From: a virus | IMG/VR virus record: IMGVR_UViG_3300019880_000001 | Span: 1-64,000 of that record | Direction: 5' to 3' (one strand) | DNA: 64,000 nucleotides | Part shown: in pieces, positions 28,248 through 37,139 of the stretch | Position numbering within the stretch: the stretch's first letter is position 1 | Layout of the letters: the number at the start of each line of letters is the position of its first letter | Translations under genes and position numbers: made by a program | Notes under the pieces: generated by a model | Databases searched by the model: none | What the model was told of the DNA's origin: nothing | Seen by the model: the letters and a program-made list of their open reading frames with translations, nothing else

Positions 28248-28900
28248 TCGATAAGCCTGTAGTGGGCGTGCAGACTGACGCGAGACCGCACCCGGCTGGA
28301 GGAAAAGGAGCTCGGCTCTCGTTGAACGAGGTCGCCGAGCGCGCGTGGAAAGCGCGGATGAGCCCGCGCCTCCGAGCGTGGGTCACGCAGGTGCTCGACA
28401 AGGCCGGCGTGTCGACCGGCGGGCGCCGTCAGAAGGCACAGGCAGTACTGGATGCCTTCCGAAAAAAGGTGCCGTACATCGCCGATCCTGTGATGGGGGA
28501 GTTCATGGCGACGCCGGAGCAGTCGCTTTGCTTGGACGAAGGTGGACTCTGTTTCGTGGGCGGTGATTGCGACGACCACTCGATCGGTCTCGCCGCCGCG
28601 ATGATGTCGATCGGCATCCCCGCCATGATCATCGGCGCGAGCTACAGAGATCCGATCGATGTTCCGACGCACGTGTTCATGGCGTTCCAGGACGACTTCA
28701 AGGACTGGGTGCGCATGGACGGTACGACGAAGCAGGCGGTGGGCCGCGTGTCTCCGAGCCGAAAAGAGTTCTGGGTCGAGCCCGGAGCCACGGCGAAGGA
28801 TAGTGGCGAAGGCGACTTCGTGGGCATGAGCGGAGCGTCGTCAGGAATGCTCGCGGCGCCGGTATCTCTGTCCGATCTGCGCTACCCGGGCATACGTTAG
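28244..28900 (+). CDS. transglutaminase-like cysteine protease-fold protein
   Basis: GGDCDDHS (Cys), THVF (His), WVRMDGT (Asp) catalytic triad pattern. Confidence 0.85.
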   Translation: MIDKPVVGVQTDARPHPAGGKGARLSLNEVAERAWKARMSPRLRAWVTQVLDKAGVSTGGRRQKAQAVLDAFRKKVPYIADPVMGEFMATPEQSLCLDEGGLCFVGGDCDDHSIGLAAAMMSIGIPAMIIGASYRDPIDVPTHVFMAFQDDFKDWVRMDGTTKQAVGRVSPSRKEFWVEPGATAKDSGEGDFVGMSGASSGMLAAPVSLSDLRYPGIR

Positions 28901-29147
28901 TAAAACGCGCGTATCCCGATCGTTTAACACGCGCAGATTATTTTCAATCGCGCACTCGCGTTGATCCGACGCCGATCTCCGGATCGACGCACACACGCAA
29001 CCGTTCGTTCCTGTTGGCGTTTTATCCTTACGTGCGATCGGCGCACGAAGAGAGATCGCCTCTGTAACCACGACCGCAGTTCACCGCAATGCGTGTATTG
29101 CTGGACGCTTTGATCTCGTGTTGCGATTCTTATGGACGAACCGTGAC

Positions 29148-30641
29148 ATGGGTCTTTACGACGATCGACTGTCTCAGCTCAGCGAACCGCGGCGTAGCCG
29201 ACGTCTCGCTCAGCGACGTCCCCCATTGTCACAACCCACGCGGCGCAACCCGATGTTGCGCTCAAGCCCCGCGCCGATAGCTGAAGCGCGCCGGCCGTCG
29301 GCCGTTGCACGCGAATCCAAGGAAGAGAAGATGGCAAAAGCACGCAAGCGCCGCTCGAAGAAGAAGACCGCAGCACCCAAGCGTCGTCGTCGGCGCGTGC
29401 GTGCGGTCGCAGCCCCGCGTCGTCGGCGCGCCAAGAAGAAGGCAGCCGTGACTCGTCGGCGTCGTCGGCGAACCGTGCGCGTGGAAGCCAAGAGGTCTCG
29501 TCGGCGTCGTCGTGCGGCTCCCGCAGCGGCCCCGCGTCGTCGTCGGCGTCGTCGGGTGCATGCGTGGAAGGGCAACTCCGCCGGCCATGCAACGGCCGCT
29601 CGCAAGGGCCATCGGCGTCGGAAGGCACGGAAGGGCGCGAAGCGCGGTCGTCGTCGGAGTCGCAAGACTCGCGAGACCATGTACGCGGCGGCCCCGAAGC
29701 GTCGTCGTCGTTCGCGGCGGTCGTCTCACGTCATGGAGGCGAGTCGCCCTCGTCGACGTCGGCACAGCATGCACGCCTCGCGCGGCGGCATGGGCATCGG
29801 TGGGATCCTCCTCGCGACCGGGTCGGCAGGTTTCGGTTTCGTGCTGGCCGACGGTGTCGATCGATACCTAGCCACGTACTGCCCGACCGACGCGACCAAG
29901 CCGACGGACAAGTTCACGTCGGACGGTGCTGGGACTCTCGCGAACGTGCTCAACATCGCCTCGATGCCGAGCTGGAAGCGAATCGCGGCGGGTGTCGGTG
30001 TGGCAGCGGTTCCCGCTGTCGGATCGATGTTCGTCAAGAACCAGTACGGAAAGGGCGCGCTCGAAGGTCTCGCACTCGGTGCAGGCATCTCGGCGTTCAA
30101 GACGTTCTGGAACACCGTCCTCATGCCGATGATGGTCGGCAAGGACACGTCGGTACCGGCGCTCCAGAAGAGCTACATCGCGCGGCTCTACCCGTCCGAG
30201 GTCGCTGCTTCGATCAACAGAGCACAGAAGCCGGCTGCTTCTGGCGCGCTGTCCGGTGCTCCGGATGTGGGCCCGTTCGCCCTCTCCGGCGACTCGCCGT
30301 ACCCCGACGCGGGGCAGGCGCTTCGAAACGCCACGGGAGTTCATGGCGACTCGCCCTATCCGGATGCCGCTCAGGCACTTAGGACGGGCGTGAGCGATGA
30401 CAGCCCGTACGCGGACGCGGCGCAGGCTCTTCGGCGACAGGCCGGCATGGGTGCCGGCCCCACTCCGACGGGTGGTCCGGACTCTTCGTGGAACCCGGGA
30501 CCTCCCGCGGGTTTCGGTCCCGGACCTCAGGCGCGTCCTCACAAGGACTGTGGCTGCGTCGGTGACGAGAATCCGTTTCTCGGAATCGTCGGTGGCGCTC
30601 CTCTAGAGGAACCGCTGTTCGCTACGGGTACCCCCTCGTAA
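29148..30641 (+). CDS. Arg-rich protamine-like core protein with hydrophobic central segments and DSPY repeats
   Basis: About 150 aa of R/K/A runs, then Gly-rich hydrophobic helices, then 3x (G/D)DSPY.DA.QALR. Alternative start at 29331. Confidence 0.8.
   Translation: MGLYDDRLSQLSEPRRSRRLAQRRPPLSQPTRRNPMLRSSPAPIAEARRPSAVARESKEEKMAKARKRRSKKKTAAPKRRRRRVRAVAAPRRRRAKKKAAVTRRRRRRTVRVEAKRSRRRRRAAPAAAPRRRRRRRVHAWKGNSAGHATAARKGHRRRKARKGAKRGRRRSRKTRETMYAAAPKRRRRSRRSSHVMEASRPRRRRHSMHASRGGMGIGGILLATGSAGFGFVLADGVDRYLATYCPTDATKPTDKFTSDGAGTLANVLNIASMPSWKRIAAGVGVAAVPAVGSMFVKNQYGKGALEGLALGAGISAFKTFWNTVLMPMMVGKDTSVPALQKSYIARLYPSEVAASINRAQKPAASGALSGAPDVGPFALSGDSPYPDAGQALRNATGVHGDSPYPDAAQALRTGVSDDSPYADAAQALRRQAGMGAGPTPTGGPDSSWNPGPPAGFGPGPQARPHKDCGCVGDENPFLGIVGGAPLEEPLFATGTPS
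30288..30434 (+). repeat. three in-frame repeats encoding (G/D)DSPY(P/A)DA(G/A)QALR
   Basis: Seen directly in the translation. Confidence 0.85.
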
Positions 30642-30643
30642 GA

Positions 30644-30760
30644 GACACCTCGCGAAACACCCCCGCCCCGGTAGGCCGAAAGAGCCCCGGGGTTGAGGTG
30701 TCGAAGGGCCCTGAGTAGCCCCTAAGACAACCGCTCGCGTCGGCCCAGGAAACGGCGAGC
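30644..30760 (+). promoter_or_regulatory. structured 5' leader of the putative capsid gene
   Basis: gacacctc/gaggtgtc stem enclosing ccccgg/ccgggg with a GAAA-containing loop, followed by gggc/gccc and gctcgc/gcgagc hairpins just before the AGGAG RBS. Confidence 0.45.
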
Positions 30761-30778
30761 ATCAGGAGAAGAGAAGTC

Positions 30779-32095
30779 ATGTCCAAGAGCATCGTCGGTA
30801 GGCCCATGAAGAAGTTCGGTCAGGATCAGGAGCGCCCGAAGCGCGTTCCGTTCGGTCTCGGCGTCCCCGCAACGGACGGTACGCTGGCGGCCGATGCCGC
30901 TCAGAAGTGCCTTCGGTGCTCCTTCGGCAACATCCCCGTGATCGAGGAGGTCGTCTGGACGATCCCGCTCCCCCTCACGTCCGAGGAGGCGCTCTCGACG
31001 CTCGGTGACACGGTGAACCTGCTCTCGGGCAGCTCCAGCGTGCCTGGCGTTGCGTCGATCGACTCGACGTTCCTCATCAACGGCATTCTCCAGACGGACA
31101 TTCTGGCGCAGGGCATCGGCGTCCACGTGTTCTGCGAGCCGATGAGCTTCTCGACCATCGGCAACTCTTTCGTTGCGCCGGCGACGACGGTCAACCCGCC
31201 CCCCTCGCCCGACGTGTTCACCACGAACGATCTGACGAACCGTGCGATGAGCACGTCCGTCACGGCGACTGGCGACAACTTCGGCCCGGCCGTGTTCGAG
31301 TTCGGTGCCGACGTCTGGCGCGCAGGCTGGAACTTCATCAACGCCTACCAGTTTCAGTGGAAGACCTCGCAGCGCGAGCTCGTCCTCAATGAGCTGGCGG
31401 CCGACGTGTCGTACTTCGGGTCCTTCGCGGATGCCGAGGCGAGCGGCACGAGCGAAGTGGCCATCATCGAGTTCGTCGCCGCGGTCAACGCGACGTACCG
31501 CTCGAAGGGCTCGTCAACGATCTTCCTGCCGGTCAACTTCCGTCGGGTCGGTTCCGTCAACAGCACGAGCGCGACCAACAACGTTGGCGTGTTCCACCCG
31601 ACGCGCGACTTCGATCTCGCGCCGGTCACCTGGGGCGGTCTCCGATGGCAGGGGTACGGCTGCAAAGGCCAGATGTACCGCCCGATCGAGAGCCCGTGCT
31701 TCCTCGAGCGCGGTATCCCCATCGGGATGCTCTTCGTCGTGCAGGACGCCGTGCACCAGGCGCTCATGCTCCAGGCCGTCACGCTCAACAACGAGCCCTT
31801 CGGCGTGAACGTCAGCGTCGACGAGAACCTCGTCGATGCAACGGCGCCCACCGCGGCGTCCGGCGTTCCCACCGCAGGCGCCATCGTCGTCGGCGGCGCG
31901 AACACCATGCTGGAGCAGACGCTCGACGCGACCCCCGTGCTCGTTCCGCAGCAAGTCAACACCTCCCGCCAGATCTTCAAGGGCGGCATCCTGAAGCTCG
32001 CGATCAAGATCAAGGGCTGGGAAATGCCCGGTGGCTGGAAGGCGTACTGCCAGTCCAACCTGCCCCAGATCATGACGGGATCTGCGTCGGTCTGA
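30779..32095 (+). CDS. putative major capsid protein (beta-rich, possibly jelly-roll)
   Basis: Strong RBS, strongly biased codons, downstream terminator, beta-strand pattern, position after the core protein. Fold is inferred. Confidence 0.55.
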   Translation: MSKSIVGRPMKKFGQDQERPKRVPFGLGVPATDGTLAADAAQKCLRCSFGNIPVIEEVVWTIPLPLTSEEALSTLGDTVNLLSGSSSVPGVASIDSTFLINGILQTDILAQGIGVHVFCEPMSFSTIGNSFVAPATTVNPPPSPDVFTTNDLTNRAMSTSVTATGDNFGPAVFEFGADVWRAGWNFINAYQFQWKTSQRELVLNELAADVSYFGSFADAEASGTSEVAIIEFVAAVNATYRSKGSSTIFLPVNFRRVGSVNSTSATNNVGVFHPTRDFDLAPVTWGGLRWQGYGCKGQMYRPIESPCFLERGIPIGMLFVVQDAVHQALMLQAVTLNNEPFGVNVSVDENLVDATAPTAASGVPTAGAIVVGGANTMLEQTLDATPVLVPQQVNTSRQIFKGGILKLAIKIKGWEMPGGWKAYCQSNLPQIMTGSASV

Positions 32096-32112
32096 ACAAC
32101 GGACCGAGTACG

Positions 32113-32162
32113 ACGTTATGCGGGCGGACGTGGGGTCTCTCGCGTCCGCCCGTAACGTTTTT
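32113..32162 (+). terminator. rho-independent terminator
   Basis: cgggcggacg...cgtccgcccg stem followed by taacgttttt. Confidence 0.7.
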
Positions 32163-32173
32163 AGGCCCAAGAA

Positions 32174-32773
32174 ATGACGCAGGACGCGCTTCAACTCAGA
32201 CGAGATCGTGATCGCAAATATGCGAGCGAGAAGCGCGCTTCTATGTCGAAGTTGGACAAGAAGGCGTACCTAGCCAAAGAGCGAGAACGGGGTCGCCGTC
32301 GTTATTTGGACCCCGATAAGAAGTCCGGGCGAGTGCGCACGAAAAAGAGAATCGAACAACGGAAGCTCGCAGAGGGGATCTGCGTGTCTTGTACGGAGCT
32401 AGCCACGTGCGCGCGGTTCTGCTTCTACCACTGGCTGGTGAACATCGGCGGCAAGTACGGGTTGAGGGTCAAAAACGGAGGGGTCGAGACTTTGAAAGCG
32501 CTTTGGGGCGAGCAAAACGGCCTGTGCGCGCTCACCGGAGAACTACTAGTTCCGGGGCAAAATGCTTCCGTCGATCACATTCTTCCTCGCTGCCGTAACG
32601 GCCGTAACGAAAAAAGCAATCTCCAGTGGGTGACAAAAGAGGTCAACTACTTCAAGCGCACACGAACCAGCTCGGAGCTTGTTAGAATGTCCTTGAAAGT
32701 CGCTCATCACGCCGAACGTGACGTCAGATCGAACGTCCTTCAGTTCAAGAAGACGTCAGAAGGAAAGGGTTGA
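32174..32773 (+). CDS. HNH endonuclease (free-standing, homing-like)
   Basis: QNGLCALTG...SVDHILPR..GRNEKSNLQWV..VNYFK; lower GC than its flanks. Confidence 0.85.
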   Translation: MTQDALQLRRDRDRKYASEKRASMSKLDKKAYLAKERERGRRRYLDPDKKSGRVRTKKRIEQRKLAEGICVSCTELATCARFCFYHWLVNIGGKYGLRVKNGGVETLKALWGEQNGLCALTGELLVPGQNASVDHILPRCRNGRNEKSNLQWVTKEVNYFKRTRTSSELVRMSLKVAHHAERDVRSNVLQFKKTSEGKG

Positions 32774-33384
32774 GTCACATGCAGCCGCACGACCACCAAA
32801 TTCGCAATCTTGCTTTGTACGCTCCGAAGATCGCCTTCGGGATGATGGCCGGCGTCCCCCGCGTGCCGTTCATCGCAGACATTCCGATCCAGTTCTCCTC
32901 GTCGACGGTCAACGCGCCGCCGGTCGTTCAGAACTTCCAGAACAACCTGACGCAAGACACGGTCATCGAGCGGATTGCGTACAACCTCGGTCAGCCGAAC
33001 AGCTTCCCCGGGAGCCCGTTCCAGTCGACGTACTTCAACCAGCTCAAGCAGAGCGGGCAGATCGGCGTCGGCGTGCAAATGGCCGTGTACGGCGGTCCCA
33101 AGTACAACGTCAACGACACCTTCACCGATCTCGGCACCCTCGCAGACGTGTTCGCGGTGACGTGGCCCAACGGGTGGCCGCTCCAGAAGCAGAGCAACGT
33201 GAAGGTGAGCGCAATCCTCACGCAGACGCCGGTGAGCGTACCGTTCAACATCACCATGACGTTCCTCGGGTGGCAGTTCCTCTCGAAGGAGCTCGACGAT
33301 CTTTCAGACGAGGAAGCGCGCGCGCGGTTGCGCAAGCTCGGCGTCGAAACTCCCGACCTGAAGATTCTGCTGTCCAACGGCTGA
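32770..33384 (+). CDS. putative second (small) capsid protein
   Basis: Beta-rich 204 aa protein; C-terminal NITMTFLGWQF parallels KLAIKIKGWEM of 30779. Confidence 0.5.
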   Translation: MSHMQPHDHQIRNLALYAPKIAFGMMAGVPRVPFIADIPIQFSSSTVNAPPVVQNFQNNLTQDTVIERIAYNLGQPNSFPGSPFQSTYFNQLKQSGQIGVGVQMAVYGGPKYNVNDTFTDLGTLADVFAVTWPNGWPLQKQSNVKVSAILTQTPVSVPFNITMTFLGWQFLSKELDDLSDEEARARLRKLGVETPDLKILLSNG

Positions 33385-33385
33385 A

Positions 33386-34276
33386 ATGAACGAGCGCATC
33401 GACAACGTGATTCGATTGCAGGCACGCCCAGACGGCGTGGCGCCATCGATCCGTTCGATCCTCCACAACGGCCGAAACGAGATCGTCACCAACGGCCCGA
33501 ACTCGGAGTTCGGGTTCATCGGAAGCGATCCGTACAACACGAACGCCTACACCGGCCTCGTCGTTCCGGCGGTACCCAGTGGGACGATCGGAAACGCGCG
33601 CTACCTCTTCGTGCTCGCGCGTCAGAGTTTCAGCACTGGAGAGCAGAGCTCGGAACACCGCGGCGTGCGCCTCGTCGGAATTCGGCAGTACGCCGAGCTC
33701 ATCGCGCGTCTTCCGGCTCGTGTCGCGCCGCTTGCCGCCAGCGGCCCTCCCGCCGGCAGCACCGTCACGTTCCGCAAGGAGATCACGAGCCCGCTCTGGC
33801 ACCCGCAGGACGGCAACATCTCCTGGCACGTGATGATCATCAACAAGGTGCAGCGCGATACGCGCAACCCCGCCAACACGGACGGGATCATCTACCAGGA
33901 CGCGTTATCGCCCGCGCTCATCTACCAGACTTTGGCGCCGTACACGCCTCCGAACGGCGGACGCCCGTGGGGCACTCCGCTCGGCGCGAGCCTCGGCAAC
34001 ATCCACGAGCTTCGATACCCCTGGCGCACCGAACGGAGCGAGCGCGTGCTCGACATTCCGATTCCGGTGCCGTGCGACGTCGTGCTCTTCGCGAGCGTTC
34101 GTCAAAACGACCCGACACTCAACCCGGTCTTCACCGAGGCGACTGTTGTCACGAGGCAGTTCGCCGCGTTGTCTCCCGAAGACCAGTTCATCGCCGCGTA
34201 CCCCGCGTCTGCTCAATACGGCGCCATCGCCGGCTCGCTCGTGTTCGATCAGAACCTCGGAGCGTGCGTCCCATGA
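33386..34276 (+). CDS. putative virion structural protein
   Basis: Beta-rich 296 aa protein co-transcribed with the capsid candidates. Confidence 0.55.
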   Translation: MNERIDNVIRLQARPDGVAPSIRSILHNGRNEIVTNGPNSEFGFIGSDPYNTNAYTGLVVPAVPSGTIGNARYLFVLARQSFSTGEQSSEHRGVRLVGIRQYAELIARLPARVAPLAASGPPAGSTVTFRKEITSPLWHPQDGNISWHVMIINKVQRDTRNPANTDGIIYQDALSPALIYQTLAPYTPPNGGRPWGTPLGASLGNIHELRYPWRTERSERVLDIPIPVPCDVVLFASVRQNDPTLNPVFTEATVVTRQFAALSPEDQFIAAYPASAQYGAIAGSLVFDQNLGACVP

Positions 34277-34500
34277 TCAACGGAGGCGCGTACGTACTCT
34301 CGAGCGCGATCGGAGGCTTGGTCTCTGGCGCTATCGGTGCGTCCGTCGCCGAGTCTTCTGATTCGCATCCGGTGCTCAAGGGAGCTCTCGTTGTTGCGGC
34401 TCTCGATGCGCTTCTGGCGACCGCCATCTACGCTGCCATCTCGCAGCCCATACTCCCGCAAGCCGGCGTGAGTGGACTGCACAACCCGAGGTTCCCGTGA
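34273..34500 (+). CDS. glycine-zipper membrane protein 1 (ends NPRFP)
   Basis: Two hydrophobic segments; ATGA-coupled. Confidence 0.7.
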   Translation: MINGGAYVLSSAIGGLVSGAIGASVAESSDSHPVLKGALVVAALDALLATAIYAAISQPILPQAGVSGLHNPRFP

Positions 34501-34730
34501 GCCGCGCCGGAGCTGCGTTCGGAAGTGCAGTCGGGCTCGCGCTCGGCGGCGCGTTTGGTGGGTACACCGTCCTCAGCCTCAAGCAAGGACGCGTTACCGA
34601 CAAGACACTGTTCGACGGCGCCGTTGTAGGCGCTTTCGTCGGGACCATCATCGGTGCCGCACTCGGCGCCGGACCCAAAGAGCCAGCTCAGGTCGGAACG
34701 GGACACCCTCTTACTCCGAGGTTCCCATGA
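34497..34730 (+). CDS. glycine-zipper membrane protein 2 (ends TPRFP)
   Basis: Two glycine-zipper segments. Confidence 0.7.
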   Translation: MSRAGAAFGSAVGLALGGAFGGYTVLSLKQGRVTDKTLFDGAVVGAFVGTIIGAALGAGPKEPAQVGTGHPLTPRFP

Positions 34731-34945
34731 ACCGCACGGGAGCCGCTTTGCTCGGTCTCGCAATAGGAGGCGTCATCGGTGAAATCGCCGGGCGCTCCCT
34801 CGAGAAAGGGCACGGAGAGGATGCCGAGCTCGAAGGCGCCCTTGGCGGCGGTGTGCTCGGTGCGGCGCTCGGTTCCGTTCTCTTCGCCACTGTGGCATCT
34901 CCTCCGCAACAGCAGACGCATGTCTCGCAGGCAGGGTTTCCATGA
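34727..34945 (+). CDS. glycine-zipper membrane protein 3 (ends AGFP)
   Basis: Two glycine-zipper segments. Confidence 0.7.
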   Translation: MNRTGAALLGLAIGGVIGEIAGRSLEKGHGEDAELEGALGGGVLGAALGSVLFATVASPPQQQTHVSQAGFP

Positions 34946-35655
34946 CAACGCCGGCGCAAGCGTACGGGCATCCGACTCTCGACGACGTCCCCGTTTCCGG
35001 ACCGACCGATCCGGGGATCCTCAAAGCGGACTGCTGGTTCGCTCAACACGTTTTACCGACACCGCAACAGGCCGCGTGCGTCGACTGTAAAGGACCAATT
35101 CCAATGTGGGCAAAAACCTCGGGCGTGGGTGAGCAGATTTCGTTCGGCGGAGCGCGCGCTCGCGGCTTCTCGCTCGCCGCACCAGGCGACCCGGACGCTT
35201 GGGTTCAACTCACGCCGGCGCAGCAGACGTGGGTCGTGAACTCGATCCGAACGCTCGACTCGAAGATCCGAGAGCAGACGCACACCACGTGCCCTGGCAT
35301 GCAGACGCCGAGCATCACGGGCATGGCGGGGTGTTTTCAGAACTGGTTCAACGGCGCGCACCTCGGGCTGACGAACCGCGCCGGCGCCCCCGTCGTGCTC
35401 CGCACCGACGGCGTCTTCGATCAGGACACGCTCGACGCGCTTCGCACCGTCACTTCGCTCGACGCGAAGAACTACCCCACCCCGTTCCCGGGTACGGAAG
35501 CGGCGGGCATCGCCCCCGCATCCAAGAAGCTTTCCACCGGCGCCATGGTCGGTATCGCCGCTGCTGGCGCGACCGTTCTCGGTGGGATCGCCTACGTCGC
35601 CATGCACGGCAAGAGCAAACGCAAGGGTCGTCGGACTCGAAGGAGCAAGCGGTAA
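34942..35655 (+). CDS. PG-binding-like protein with C-terminal TM and basic tail
   Basis: FQNWFN..LRTDGVFDQDTLDAL; PASKKLSTGA followed by TM and KSKRKGRRTRRSKR. Confidence 0.7.
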   Translation: MTTPAQAYGHPTLDDVPVSGPTDPGILKADCWFAQHVLPTPQQAACVDCKGPIPMWAKTSGVGEQISFGGARARGFSLAAPGDPDAWVQLTPAQQTWVVNSIRTLDSKIREQTHTTCPGMQTPSITGMAGCFQNWFNGAHLGLTNRAGAPVVLRTDGVFDQDTLDALRTVTSLDAKNYPTPFPGTEAAGIAPASKKLSTGAMVGIAAAGATVLGGIAYVAMHGKSKRKGRRTRRSKR

Positions 35656-37133
35656 TGTCGTTCTACAGAGTCACGCCGGGGGAGTCCCCGGCCATGATCG
35701 CACGCAAGCTCGGCACGTCGGTGTCGGCCCTCATCGGCGCCAACGGCCACAAGCCGACAACGGTCGTCGCCGGCAAGCGCACGTTCCAAGCGCTGCGCTT
35801 CAACGAGCTCTTGCACAAGCCTCGTGCAGGCGTCGGAGCGCTCGGTGAGCCCGGCACGCTCGGAGTCACGCCGGCGGATCCGGCAGCTCCGCACGCGCTG
35901 ATCGCGCAAGGAAGCAGCGGCTCGGACGTCGCGCTCTGGCAGAAGATCATCGGCGTCACGGCCGATGGTTCGTTCGGATCGGGAACTGCCGCAGCAACCA
36001 AGTCGTGGCAGACCGCTCACGGGCTCAACCCAGACGGCGTCGTCGGCCCCAACACGTGGGCGAAAGCGCTCGGCAACGCCTCGAGCGCACCGGTGCCTGC
36101 TCCCGTCGCATCCGGCGCGAGCCTCGCAATGGCGGCCGGCGCCGCGTACTCGGCTCTGAACCTGGATCCGAACTACTGCACGAACGTCGCTCGCGCAGGC
36201 ACTCCGGTGAACACGGCCGTCCACAACTTCAAGGCAGCGTGGAACGCCGCCAACCCGAGCCGCGCAGTGCCCATCGGCACCGGCAAGTACGAGCCAGTCG
36301 TGGCTTCTGCGCTCTCGTCGGCGCTCGGCGGAGTGACCGTACCTGCCGGTTGCGGCGCCGGGGCGGCGCAGCCTGCCCCCGCGGCCCCCTCGACGCCGGC
36401 GGCTCCGGTCCCCATGCCGGAACCGACCGTCACCCCCGCCCCCACACCGGCTCCGACGGCCTCGAGCGCCTACAGCGGCGCACAGATCGCCGCTGCCACG
36501 GCGATGAACTCGGCGCTCTCAGCGCACGGCTACAAGCAGGCCGATCAAGGGCTGTACGCGGCGTTCCAGCGCTCGATGGGGATCACGGCCGACGGGTACC
36601 CCGGAACCGGCACGATGGGGAAGCTCAAGGCGGTGCTCGCCTCCGCCGGCATCCCCATGGCCGCGGTACCCGTGTACCCGTGGCGCGCGGGCGCCTACGA
36701 TGGCGTGAACGCTCCCACGCAGAGCTCGTGGTCGGGAGCGTCCGCAACGCCCGCGCCCCCCGCCGTCGCTCCGCCCCCGCCTCCCTCGAGCGGCGGTATC
36801 GCCCCTCCCCCTCCGGCACCTTCTGGCGGCGGCACGGCCCCTGCGGCTTCTGCCCCCGCAGCAGGAGGAAGCACGGCTCCCGTGCCCGTTGCCGCCGGCG
36901 GCGGCGCCATCGTGTCTCCCGCGGCGCCTGCATCGAAGAAGTTGAGCACCGGCGCGATCGTGGTCGGCGCGATCGGCGCGGCGGCACTCGTCGGGCTGAT
37001 CGCCATGGCGGCGACCGGTAAGAAGGGGCACCGCGGAGCTCGAGGCGCGCGAGGGCCGTCTCGTCGCAGCAAGCACAAGAAGCCCGCGCATCACGCGCAC
37101 AAGCCGAAGCGCAAGAGGAAGTCGAAGCGGTAA
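35655..37133 (+). CDS. LysM plus peptidoglycan-binding domain membrane protein
   Basis: YRVTPGESPAMIARK..LIGAN (LysM); GSSGSDVALWQ..ADGSFGSGT..WQTAHGLNPDGVVGPNTW (PG_binding_1); TM followed by a basic tail. Confidence 0.85.
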   Translation: MSFYRVTPGESPAMIARKLGTSVSALIGANGHKPTTVVAGKRTFQALRFNELLHKPRAGVGALGEPGTLGVTPADPAAPHALIAQGSSGSDVALWQKIIGVTADGSFGSGTAAATKSWQTAHGLNPDGVVGPNTWAKALGNASSAPVPAPVASGASLAMAAGAAYSALNLDPNYCTNVARAGTPVNTAVHNFKAAWNAANPSRAVPIGTGKYEPVVASALSSALGGVTVPAGCGAGAAQPAPAAPSTPAAPVPMPEPTVTPAPTPAPTASSAYSGAQIAAATAMNSALSAHGYKQADQGLYAAFQRSMGITADGYPGTGTMGKLKAVLASAGIPMAAVPVYPWRAGAYDGVNAPTQSSWSGASATPAPPAVAPPPPPSSGGIAPPPPAPSGGGTAPAASAPAAGGSTAPVPVAAGGGAIVSPAAPASKKLSTGAIVVGAIGAAALVGLIAMAATGKKGHRGARGARGPSRRSKHKKPAHHAHKPKRKRKSKR

Positions 37134-37139
37134 TCCCCC

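Noticed and set aside
28901-29147. Shared CGATCG-centred motif in intergenic gaps (also near 41020 and 49850)
   Set aside because: CGATCG and TCGA words are very frequent throughout this sequence, and the flanking similarity is too weak.
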